Source: Candidatus Levyibacteriota bacterium (lineage in GTDB: Bacteria; Patescibacteriota; Microgenomatia; Levybacterales; UBA12049). From it: a DNA stretch of 64,000 nucleotides. Within the stretch, counting starts at the first letter, position 1. Each line of letters opens with the position of its first letter. Of the stretch, positions 38,111 through 46,673 are shown piece by piece. A program made the translations under genes and the position numbers. Under the pieces are notes generated by a model, which was not told the origin of the DNA, did not search any database, and worked only from the letters and a program-made list of their open reading frames with translations. The stretch spans positions 72,477-136,476 of the forward strand of contig JACQHJ010000001.1 of assembly GCA_016199085.1 (NCBI GenBank), given 5' to 3'.

Positions 38111-38788
38111 TTACGAATGGCGGATGCCATACCAGCACATACACCAAGCGTAGTCTTTTTGTTCAATCCTGCTTGTGCAATCCTTGATAGGAAGTATTGG
38201 ATTATTCTTCAATTCATCAGCTGTATATTTTTTGCCCTGATACTTACTGCATTCTTCACAGCAATCCTGCGTTTCAACTTCAAAATAAGTGGGTAAAATA
38301 CCACCGATAGTGCCTAATTGAATTTCATAGTTATGAACGGATTTTAAGTAACTATAAGGGTCATGTCCTCTACGCAATTGATAAAGTGCCTGTGCAAAAG
38401 CTATCATTTTTGCATGGTGTAAAATACTTGATCTCTTGTCATAATCATTCTCAATTTCAGGCGGATGTCCCACCAATCTATTAGAGACTCCCCATACTAT
38501 GTCGTAGGATTTTGGTTTTGTTCCCCATTTTTTGGATAATTCAGCCTCAATTTTTAAATAATCATTAACAGTAGCTCCTAAATATTGGAGTTCTTTAAAA
38601 AAATCTGCCGCTAGGGCATCCTCCTGCGTTAAAATATCTGAATTAAATATGGTTTGTGTGGTTCTAATGAAACATTCTTCACCACATTTTTCGCATTTAG
38701 TCTTTCTCTTAGGTAGTTTCTCAAAAATAGCTCCGCAATATGGGCATTTATTGCGGTTTCTATCATCTTTTTTTTCGAATAGTCCCAT
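38111..38788 (-). CDS. hypothetical protein with an N-terminal Zn-ribbon (CPYCG..CEKCG) and a Cys-rich C-terminus
   Basis: CxxC pairs at both ends; no recognisable family. Confidence 0.4.
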   Translation of the reverse strand: MGLFEKKDDRNRNKCPYCGAIFEKLPKRKTKCEKCGEECFIRTTQTIFNSDILTQEDALAADFFKELQYLGATVNDYLKIEAELSKKWGTKPKSYDIVWGVSNRLVGHPPEIENDYDKRSSILHHAKMIAFAQALYQLRRGHDPYSYLKSVHNYEIQLGTIGGILPTYFEVETQDCCEECSKYQGKKYTADELKNNPILPIKDCTSRIEQKDYAWCMCWYGIRHS

Positions 38789-38848
38789 AGAGTCGATTAT
38801 ATATCATATTTGTGTATAATAAATTCTAATATCGCCCATTTAGGAGAA

Positions 38849-39412
38849 TTAAAACTCTGCATTTACTTCTAGCATTTCCATTCCTTCCTTATCTTCCAAT
38901 GTCAGTGTCTGTCCGCAGCTATCAAAATTTCCAGTTGCAATAACATATTGATCTAAATACTTACTAAAATCTAGATTTCTAACATACGGAAGCCTAACTA
39001 CATCTCCATCATTTTTAATAAGAACTGTTCTTTTATAAGTTTGTCTTGGTGCAAAATAATCTAGGAATGGATCAAGAAGAGGAATCTGCGAAGGAATATT
39101 GTCTTCTATATTTAATACTCTTATTTCTCCAATCTGGGATTGGGATCCTTTATCACAAAGTATTTTTCCTCCTCCGAATATTCCAAATACTGATAAAGCA
39201 AGGAATACTCCCATAATTCCAAGACTTCCTTTTAAAGTAAAGGAAAATGCTTTTTGTTTCTTTATATCTTCCAAAAGCTCAACGATCCTATATAAGGGGT
39301 TTCCTACATGGATATCTATTAAATCATCCTTTGTTTTTGAATAATGCGTATTTTCCTTAAAAAACTTTGAGATAGGATCTTTTGCCATCAATATAATTGT
39401 TACGCCTAACAA
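38849..39412 (-). CDS. hypothetical single-pass membrane protein
   Basis: Central TM GIMGVFLALSVFGIFGGG. Confidence 0.4.
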   Translation of the reverse strand: MLGVTIILMAKDPISKFFKENTHYSKTKDDLIDIHVGNPLYRIVELLEDIKKQKAFSFTLKGSLGIMGVFLALSVFGIFGGGKILCDKGSQSQIGEIRVLNIEDNIPSQIPLLDPFLDYFAPRQTYKRTVLIKNDGDVVRLPYVRNLDFSKYLDQYVIATGNFDSCGQTLTLEDKEGMEMLEVNAEF

Positions 39413-39720
39413 TAATAAATTGCAAGTAGAAATGTAACTTAAATTACCACAATTAAAATATGACTCTTATGTAGTTTGGGCAGGTAAAAATAGTAAAAGA
39501 GACTTATAGGAAATTGCTATAGTTAGGTTAACTTTTGTTTTAGTTTGAAATAGTTATTTGAGGCTATAAAGTATTCAAATATTCGTTTGACAAACCAAGC
39601 GACTTGGATAATTATACATATGTATAAGTAATTTCTTCATATCTTGAAGAAATTTACACAGGGTGTTATAATTGCAGTCCTTTGTACTGCCCCTAAGTAC
39701 ATTAAAATTGAATTTATCAC

Positions 39721-39794
39721 AAAGCCGACGAGATTCGAACTCGTAACCTTCCCGTTAGTAGCAGGTTGCTCTGTCCAGTTGAGCTACGGCTTTG
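39721..39794 (-). tRNA. tRNA gene with a short variable loop, no encoded CCA, and a hand-folded anticodon loop CU-ACU-AA
   Basis: Minus-strand AAAGCCG-UA-GCUC-AACUGGACA-GAGC-A-ACCUG-CUACUAA-CGGGA-AGGUU-ACGAG-UUCGAAU-CUCGU-CGGCUUU-G. Acceptor, D and T arms are canonical; the anticodon stem has an A-A mismatch. Confidence 0.6.
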
Positions 39795-40457
39795 ATAGTT
39801 AAAACTTACTAAAGTGGCCCGTCTAATTAACTAATTAGCCCATACGATTAGAAGTCGTTAGGAACTAAAAGACCATTAGGTAGAGTTTTCCAGAGCTTCC
39901 CATCTACCAAGATGTACGGAAGCTCTGTTGGTATTTCTACCCCGAACTTATCGTCCGTATTCATGATTAACCACCTCTATCTGGCATCGGTTCAAAGAAC
40001 TTAAGCCTGCCCGACTTCTCTTTGTCGTGCATACCAGAGAATAGTCTTTCGACGGACCACTTATAATAACTTTTAAAGTACTTTCCCTTTTTTTACTATT
40101 TAATAATTATTTTTACTTCATGTTAAATAGCAAAAAATAGCTCGACTTGTAAAACCTACAAGGCGAGCGTGTTCCAAGTCGCACCAATGATCAATTGTTT
40201 TAGAAACTTACCTCACCTTGAGGCTTCGTAGGGTCTCATGTCGTTAACTCGACCCTAGCCCTACTAGCCCGTTTCTAAGGCGTTCTACTAGAGCCGAGTA
40301 AACGATATGAAACTCAACTATATATGGTATATCATTTAGCACTCGAAAAATCAACTGCCAACTTACAGTTTCGTGTCTGCCATTACTTGCTCAAACTACA
40401 TAAGTGCCTAAAATATCTCTTGACTTTAAAATTTAAAAATTTTATAGTCCACCTTAT

Positions 40458-40784
40458 ATGGAAATTGAGCCTCCAATACAGCAACTTTTAGATTTTTGTA
40501 GACAAGGAAGAACTTTGGTAACAGGCTTTACAAATAAAACATACAATTTGCCAACCGGCGAACAAAAAACAAGCTACTCTTTTGTTTTAGAAAGACGTAA
40601 CTTAAGAAGTCAGCTCCCGACAACCTTAGATGTATTCAATCAAGCAAGAGTTGTTGTTTCTCACTGCGCCTGGAAACTAAGCGAAACTCCACAAGGAAGA
40701 AGATTGGTAGAAAATATTACTGCGATTGGTAGAGTCAGACCTAACCCAGATCAACCAACAACCATTTTTGGTCTTAGACGCTAG
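40458..40784 (+). CDS. hypothetical protein (108 aa)
   Basis: ORF only; preceded by TTGACT-17-TTATAG. Confidence 0.3.
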   Translation: MEIEPPIQQLLDFCRQGRTLVTGFTNKTYNLPTGEQKTSYSFVLERRNLRSQLPTTLDVFNQARVVVSHCAWKLSETPQGRRLVENITAIGRVRPNPDQPTTIFGLRR

Positions 40785-40804
40785 CCTTTTTATCTAACCA
40801 TCCC

Positions 40805-41143
40805 TTGTTGTATAATTCAAAAATGATTCCGCGTACAGAATTACAACTTGAACATGTAGGTATGGAAGTAGATACATATCAGACGATTGCTGTTTTTAAG
40901 TCTGATTGGGCGAGAAATCCTCAGGATGTAATAACGGCAAAAGACAAATTAAAAAGGGATTTTCATCCCTCAACCTTAAGAATAAGGCAAGATGCCGAAG
41001 TTACAGAAACACCAGATGAGATAGTTTTCCATCCCATACTTGTTTGGACGGCAACCTGGATACATGGGTATACTCCCATAGTGCCTAATCTTGTAGATCT
41101 GCATGAAGATTATCTGTTTCATTACAACCTTCCTGCGTTATAG
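40805..41143 (+). CDS. hypothetical protein (112 aa)
   Basis: ORF only. Confidence 0.3.
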   Translation: MLYNSKMIPRTELQLEHVGMEVDTYQTIAVFKSDWARNPQDVITAKDKLKRDFHPSTLRIRQDAEVTETPDEIVFHPILVWTATWIHGYTPIVPNLVDLHEDYLFHYNLPAL

Positions 41144-41147
41144 ATAT

Positions 41148-41900
41148 ATGTCAAGAAAACTTGAAGCAAGAGAAAACGCCAAAAAAGGAATCAGAGACCA
41201 GGACCCCCGCGTAGAAGTCCCACGCTTTATCCCTCCAATGTTGGTTGGGGAATTAGGAACCAGGAATCTGTCTTTGCTTGACAGGCAGAAACGCTTCTAT
41301 GAGGTTAAGGCAGACGGGTACAGAACCATAGTAACCATTAGGCATGGCGAGGATGGCCCAATAGTCAGGCTATTATCAAAAAACGGAAAAGATATAACCC
41401 AAAGATTTCCTTTGGTTACAACTCAACTTGCAGACATAAAAGATGAAGTCGTATTAGACGGAGAAATGGAAGCTTTAAGACCAAGGCCAGATGCACTGGG
41501 AATAACAACCCAAGAAGAAAACGCCCTTTTTGAGATGTATGGAGGTTTGGTTCCTGACAGGAATTTACTTTCTCTTTCAGCCATTCATTTAAGACACGTA
41601 GATTACAGACTTAGGTTATTTGATATCCTGTTTTTAAACGGAAGGCATTTGACTACAAAGCCTCTTTCGGAAAGAAAGCTTTATTTAAATGAAGTTGTTC
41701 CGGATGAGTTAAGCGCAGTTTCGACTGTTCCATATTTTGAATATACCTCCGATGCAGCACTGCTTAGGCTTTTAAAAGCAGTTGATAAATTCGGTCTTGA
41801 AGGAATGGTAGCTAAAAGAACAGACAGCGTTTATACGCCGGGTAGAAGAAGCGACAGATGGCTAAAGATAAAAAGAACACCGCAACAACCAATCCACTAG
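41148..41900 (+). CDS. ATP-dependent DNA ligase, nucleotidyltransferase domain only (no OB domain)
   Basis: PPML start, motif I YEVKADGYR, motif III DGEME, motif IV EGMVAK and motif V GRRSDRWLKIK; the ORF ends right after motif V. Confidence 0.7.
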   Translation: MSRKLEARENAKKGIRDQDPRVEVPRFIPPMLVGELGTRNLSLLDRQKRFYEVKADGYRTIVTIRHGEDGPIVRLLSKNGKDITQRFPLVTTQLADIKDEVVLDGEMEALRPRPDALGITTQEENALFEMYGGLVPDRNLLSLSAIHLRHVDYRLRLFDILFLNGRHLTTKPLSERKLYLNEVVPDELSAVSTVPYFEYTSDAALLRLLKAVDKFGLEGMVAKRTDSVYTPGRRSDRWLKIKRTPQQPIH

Positions 41901-41954
41901 CTCTTGCCCTATAGTTTGCCTTTTAGAAACATTTTCTGTATAATCCCATCTGGC

Positions 41955-43451
41955 ATGGCAGTAAGAAATGAAGCAATAGAGCAATCCGCACAAGCAATCT
42001 CTTTTCCTTTCGCACACGGTACAAGGCCTGAAACAGCTCGTATGTTAATTGACGCACGGGAATCAGGAGTCTTAGAAGGGCTAAGACCGGCAGTACGCGA
42101 ACTAATTGATAGATATTACGGAACAGATGCAAGCCTAAAAGATCTTGGCGTTGCTGCAGGAATGAGCACAAGTCACATCGGCGTAAGACTTAGACAGGGA
42201 CTGGAAGAAATAAGAGAACTTTTGGGAGACGAAGTTACGGAAAAATACCCAAAAGAAGCAACTCTACTTAAGTTAGCCATGCCAAGACCACCAAGAGATT
42301 TAGATCAGGTTCAAGCGCCTTTTCCGATTTCTGTAAGACTTGACACACCTCAAAAAGAAACAAGACACAAAGAGGCAATGCAAAGAGTTTTTGAAAGACC
42401 CCCTGTCTATTTTAAGTCTTCAGAATATTTGCTCAGAAGATATGTTCCTCCTAAAATGCCTGACCAAGAACCCCATGGAGAATTAATGCCTATGACCCAA
42501 AGGGTATTAACTTTAATAGGAAGGGGACTTACCTACGCTGAAATTGCTCCGATAGTCGGAATGTCAACGAAAATGGTTGGGTTCGTAATAGGAAGAAAAG
42601 TTATCCGTCCGGTCATGCAAGTTTCTAACCCGCATGAAGCATTGGTAGTAAGTTTAACAAAGGGTCTTGTTAGTCTTCGCGAAGCCTCGAAAGGGTTAAA
42701 TTTATCAGACGAAAATGTTGACAGTCTATCAATTCGGGCAGTAGAAGTATTAATTGCTGATACAGTTGATAATCTTGGAATGACCAGAAAGCAGATAGGA
42801 GAAAGAATAGGTAATACAGAAAGTGCAATCGAAGACCTCAGGACAAGAATATATCAAAAACTTGGAGTATTAAGTAAAGCTCAGGCCACTGTATTTGTTA
42901 TGGCATATGTTAAGAAAGCTATGTATGAGAGAAGATATCCTATAAAAGATACGATTGAAGGTGGGGGATCTTTTGAGGATTATCATGCACCTGAAGCTCC
43001 TGATATTCAATACACTATTGATTATTTAAAAAATGTTGGAATTAGTGAGCGTGATAAGCAGGCATTTCTTATTCATTTCCTTTGGTCTGAAGGTAGGGGT
43101 ACATACGCTTTGATTAGAAGACATTTACGGTTAGAAGACAGACCAATAATAGAAGTTTTGCTTAATAGAGTAATCGATGCAGAAGTGGATCCGAGATATT
43201 CAATTCCTGTTTTGGATATCTATCACAATATTTTTGCTCCCATCGAACTTGCAAGAGTTATTTTTTTCAACAATAAAGGAGAAAGGACTTATGAAAGATT
43301 TAGGGCGTTGGTAGATATCTGTAGGAAAAGAATAAGAGAAGAGCATATAACAGGCTATAAGCCTTCTACGAGAACAGAGCTTAATATTGAGGCACAAAGA
43401 CTTCTTGATCAGAGAAAAGCGGCAAGGCAGGAGGTTGTAGTTTTTGACTAA
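41955..43451 (+). CDS. regulator with three tandem sigma70-r4 / LuxR-type HTH units and an unknown C-terminal domain
   Basis: LKDLGVAAGMSTSHIGVRLRQGLEEIR, LTYAEIAPIVGMSTKMVGFVIGRKV and RKQIGERIGNTESAIEDLRTRIYQKLGV. Confidence 0.5.
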   Translation: MAVRNEAIEQSAQAISFPFAHGTRPETARMLIDARESGVLEGLRPAVRELIDRYYGTDASLKDLGVAAGMSTSHIGVRLRQGLEEIRELLGDEVTEKYPKEATLLKLAMPRPPRDLDQVQAPFPISVRLDTPQKETRHKEAMQRVFERPPVYFKSSEYLLRRYVPPKMPDQEPHGELMPMTQRVLTLIGRGLTYAEIAPIVGMSTKMVGFVIGRKVIRPVMQVSNPHEALVVSLTKGLVSLREASKGLNLSDENVDSLSIRAVEVLIADTVDNLGMTRKQIGERIGNTESAIEDLRTRIYQKLGVLSKAQATVFVMAYVKKAMYERRYPIKDTIEGGGSFEDYHAPEAPDIQYTIDYLKNVGISERDKQAFLIHFLWSEGRGTYALIRRHLRLEDRPIIEVLLNRVIDAEVDPRYSIPVLDIYHNIFAPIELARVIFFNNKGERTYERFRALVDICRKRIREEHITGYKPSTRTELNIEAQRLLDQRKAARQEVVVFD

Positions 43452-43474
43452 ACCTCAAGTGATATAATTAAAAA

Positions 43475-44356
43475 ATGAAAATCCTCTTCGATACAGATAT
43501 CGGTTCAGACATAGATGATGCCTTATGCCTTGCCTATTTATTGGCTAATCCCAGCTGTGATTTATTGGGTGTTACTACGGTAACCGGAGAGGCTGAGAAA
43601 AGAGCGATGATTATTAGCGCCTTGTGTCAAAACGCGGGAAAGAATATACCTATTTTTCCAGGAGCAGAGACTCCTCTTTTGATTTCTCAAAAGCAAATCC
43701 AAGCTCCTCAGGCTTTAGCTTTGGATAAATGGCCGCACAAAAAGTCTTTTCCTAAAAGGGAAGCAGTACGTTTTCTGCAAGAGACTATTCGTAACAATCC
43801 TCACGAGATAACTCTGTTGGCAACAGGACCATTAACTAATATTGCACAGCTTTTTAAAATTGATGAAGAAATACCTTCACTTTTAAAAGGTTTGGTGCTT
43901 ATGTGCGGGGCGTTTAATGATAAGGCTGCTAACTTGGGTACTTGTGATTCTGTTGAGTGGAATGCTCTTGTCGATCCACATGCTGCAGATATAGTTTATA
44001 AATCAGCTGTTAAATCCCATAAATCGGTGGGGTTAAATGTTACATGTAAGGTAAAATTAAAGAAAGAGGTTTTAAAAAAACGATTAAGTGTTAGTCATTT
44101 ACTTACTCCTATAGCTGACTTTGCTGAGATTTGGTTTCAAGAAGAAGGCGAGGCTACTTTCCACGATCCACTGGCAGCCATCACAATTTTTAACCAAGAT
44201 GTATGTGTTTTTGAAAACGGAAAAGTAGAAGTTGAATTAATAAGTGAAGAACTCAAAGGAATGACCTATTTCACCCCTGGAGAGGGTCAAAATCAAGTTG
44301 CTTTACACGTTAATATAGATAAGTTTTTCGACAGTTATTTTGCAGTGTTTAAGTAA
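43475..44356 (+). CDS. inosine-uridine preferring nucleoside hydrolase family
   Basis: N-terminal DTDIGSDIDDA (DxDxxxDD) motif. Confidence 0.85.
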   Translation: MKILFDTDIGSDIDDALCLAYLLANPSCDLLGVTTVTGEAEKRAMIISALCQNAGKNIPIFPGAETPLLISQKQIQAPQALALDKWPHKKSFPKREAVRFLQETIRNNPHEITLLATGPLTNIAQLFKIDEEIPSLLKGLVLMCGAFNDKAANLGTCDSVEWNALVDPHAADIVYKSAVKSHKSVGLNVTCKVKLKKEVLKKRLSVSHLLTPIADFAEIWFQEEGEATFHDPLAAITIFNQDVCVFENGKVEVELISEELKGMTYFTPGEGQNQVALHVNIDKFFDSYFAVFK

Positions 44357-44416
44357 TAACTATATGCGGTTATTATATAGAGGATTGTTGAATACATAAC
44401 TACCTCATAGTAATTA

Positions 44417-44445
44417 TTGACATCTGTTACATTTTTTGCTACAAT
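44417..44445 (+). promoter_or_regulatory. strong sigma70-type promoter TTGACA-17-TACAAT
   Basis: Near-consensus hexamers about 300 nt upstream of the 44745 ORF. Confidence 0.5.
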
Positions 44446-44616
44446 TTACCCAACAATTAAAGAGTGCGTTTAAAGAAGAAGAGTAAGTTTAATATTAGAT
44501 TTTAGCAAGTGATGACAGCTGAAAGCATCATAATCGAAAATTAACTGAAAAGAGCTTCTTAGCACAGAACCGAAGAAAGCATTTGCAAGTAGGTTTATAA
44601 ATGAGCTATCTATAGA

Positions 44617-44733
44617 CTCTGTCAAGGTTGACACAGAGCTTTTTTAGTACAAAATAGATAGGAATAAAGGTGGTACCACGGGAATTCCCGTCCTTGTTTC
44701 GAAAGTAATTTCGAAATGAAGACGGGTTTTTTT
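44617..44733 (+). promoter_or_regulatory. structured 5' leader with two intrinsic-terminator-like hairpins and a competing antiterminator palindrome
   Basis: Hairpin 1 is CUCUGUCAAGGUUGACACAGAG plus U6. Hairpin 2 is CCCGUCC...GACGGG plus U7. The ACGGGAAUUCCCGU palindrome shares the CCCGUC strand with hairpin 2. Confidence 0.45.
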
Positions 44734-44744
44734 ATGGAGAAAAT

Positions 44745-45875
44745 ATGAAAGAATTTGGGCAACATTTTTATATTCCGGAAGGAATTTTAGTTCAAGGACC
44801 AAGCATAGCTAACGGTTCTGGCTCTTTTGTGGCAGAAGCGCATAGTGATGAGGTATTAACGCCAGGTGCAATTAATTGTTTGAGAGATCAATTCGCGATA
44901 GACATGGAACTAGTTGCAGCTGATCTTAAAAGCGATGGATTAGCAAGGCAATATGCTGGCTCGTTATTTAAAAAACTAGTAGGTAATGGAGCAAATACAC
45001 TTGAACAGCTAGTAATAGCTGGATCACAGGAGTTTTACCATGTTGGTAAATATGTTTTAGGGCCATTGGCAGTAAGTGTTGTAGATACTGTTTTAAAAGG
45101 GTGTAATGGAAAAGCCATCTTTCCTGCAAGGGATGCAACTCCCTTTTTCCATATCGCTAAAACTCTCAAGAAGCTTAATCCAGATGCTTATCCAGTAGCC
45201 ATGGATGATATTGTAAATCCTGATTTTAATAGAACGCTATGGGGAGTAGAAGATGAAGAAGATCAAGATCCAGAAGGTGAAGTAATGTCAGTTTCCCACC
45301 CATTAGTACAAAAACTTTTATCTCAAATGGGATTTTTCTCTGATCAGCCTAAAACTTTTATAGAAGTAGGTTGCTGGGGTTCAATGGTAGATGAGTTAAA
45401 TAAAGCAATGAAGAAAGGTGATATACCCACAGAAGAATATTCTGTTTATTTCCTATATACACATTTGCCAAATAATATTTATGGCTTTACCAATATTGTT
45501 GGAGAAAATATACCCGAAGACGTACTTGAGACAATAGCAGATACATGGGAAGCATTCCCTAAATTTTACAAAAAGGTAAAAAAATTAGTCGAAGAAGACG
45601 GCATAGTAAAAGGTTCACGAGTGTTTGTCAACTCACCTTTTTTGCAACCTTGGACAGAAGCTGCTTTACAGGGTGTTGAAGATGCAGCAAGTGATTTCAT
45701 TTGTCAAGGACAAGTTATAAATCCTCAAGATGAGTTGTTAAAACTTTGGCGATTATCTATTCAAGCGCAGTCTGGCCAATTTACTGGAGTATTACCTGGA
45801 CATACAAAAACATGGTCTAAAGGAGAAGAATGGAAAGCTAATTGGAAATGGGGGAGGGTTCCGCCATTAAAGTAA
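44745..45875 (+). CDS. hypothetical protein (376 aa), first gene of the leader-controlled operon
   Basis: ORF only; GC noticeably above the local background. Confidence 0.4.
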   Translation: MKEFGQHFYIPEGILVQGPSIANGSGSFVAEAHSDEVLTPGAINCLRDQFAIDMELVAADLKSDGLARQYAGSLFKKLVGNGANTLEQLVIAGSQEFYHVGKYVLGPLAVSVVDTVLKGCNGKAIFPARDATPFFHIAKTLKKLNPDAYPVAMDDIVNPDFNRTLWGVEDEEDQDPEGEVMSVSHPLVQKLLSQMGFFSDQPKTFIEVGCWGSMVDELNKAMKKGDIPTEEYSVYFLYTHLPNNIYGFTNIVGENIPEDVLETIADTWEAFPKFYKKVKKLVEEDGIVKGSRVFVNSPFLQPWTEAALQGVEDAASDFICQGQVINPQDELLKLWRLSIQAQSGQFTGVLPGHTKTWSKGEEWKANWKWGRVPPLK

Positions 45876-45887
45876 AAGGAGCAAAGT

Positions 45888-46673
45888 ATGTTTAATAAGT
45901 TATTCAAAAATAATAAGCCAATGATTGGAATGATCCATTTACCACCCTTACCGGGGTATATAAAACATCCCGGAATGGATGCAGTGATAAAAAAAGCCCT
46001 AATAGATTTGAATACATTGCAAAAAGCAGGTTTTGACGGGGTGTTAATTGAGAATGACAATGATCAGCCACATCAAATTGGAGTTTCAAAAAGTATTACT
46101 GCATCGTTTACTAAAGTAATGAAACAGGTCTGTAAAGAAGCAAAAATACCTGTTGGAATGGAGATAATTTATGATATGCCACAAACTATCAAAACCGCTC
46201 ATAAAGTGGGAGCAGATTTTGTACGCCTTGATGTTTTCGTAGATACTGTTTTGACAAAATGGGGAAAAATACCATCCCAAGCTAAAGAGCTGGTTGTCTT
46301 AAAAGAGAAAATAGGTGCAAAAGAATTAGTCATGTTAACTGATATTCAAGTTAAGCATGCGCAAATGTTAGATAAAAAGACTTTAGAACAATCAGCTAAA
46401 GAAGCAGCTCAATATATTTCTAATGCGCTGATAGTTACAGGAGATTGGACAGGTCATCCTCCTTTTATTAATGATTGCAAGAAAGTAAAAAAAGCTGCAA
46501 AAGCAACACCTCTCCTTATTGGTAGCGGTTTGGATAGTAAGAATATTAAGAAGTTATTTAAATATGCAGACGGTGCAATTGTGGGAACTTCAATTAAAAC
46601 AGGAGATTATATTGATCTTGTCAAAGCAACAAATCTTATAAATGTTGTTAAAAAAATAAGGAGTAAGATATGA
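45888..46673 (+). CDS. BtpA/SgcQ-family TIM-barrel protein
   Basis: MIGMIHLPPLPGY...GFDGVLIEN N-terminal signature. Confidence 0.7.
   Translation: MFNKLFKNNKPMIGMIHLPPLPGYIKHPGMDAVIKKALIDLNTLQKAGFDGVLIENDNDQPHQIGVSKSITASFTKVMKQVCKEAKIPVGMEIIYDMPQTIKTAHKVGADFVRLDVFVDTVLTKWGKIPSQAKELVVLKEKIGAKELVMLTDIQVKHAQMLDKKTLEQSAKEAAQYISNALIVTGDWTGHPPFINDCKKVKKAAKATPLLIGSGLDSKNIKKLFKYADGAIVGTSIKTGDYIDLVKATNLINVVKKIRSKI

Noticed and set aside
39930-39975. RNase P RNA 3'-terminal/P4-like stretch ACCCCGAACUUAUCGUCCGUAUUCA
   Set aside because: Only this one segment resembles the M1 RNA consensus. No matching P4 5' strand (GGAAAGUCCGGGC-like) was found at a suitable distance on the same strand. Kept only as a possibility inside the ORF-free-region finding.
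39721-40200. tmRNA (ssrA) instead of a tRNA at this locus
   Set aside because: The element folds into a complete cloverleaf with D and anticodon arms. No tag-peptide frame ending in an ALAA-like sequence was found on the minus strand nearby.
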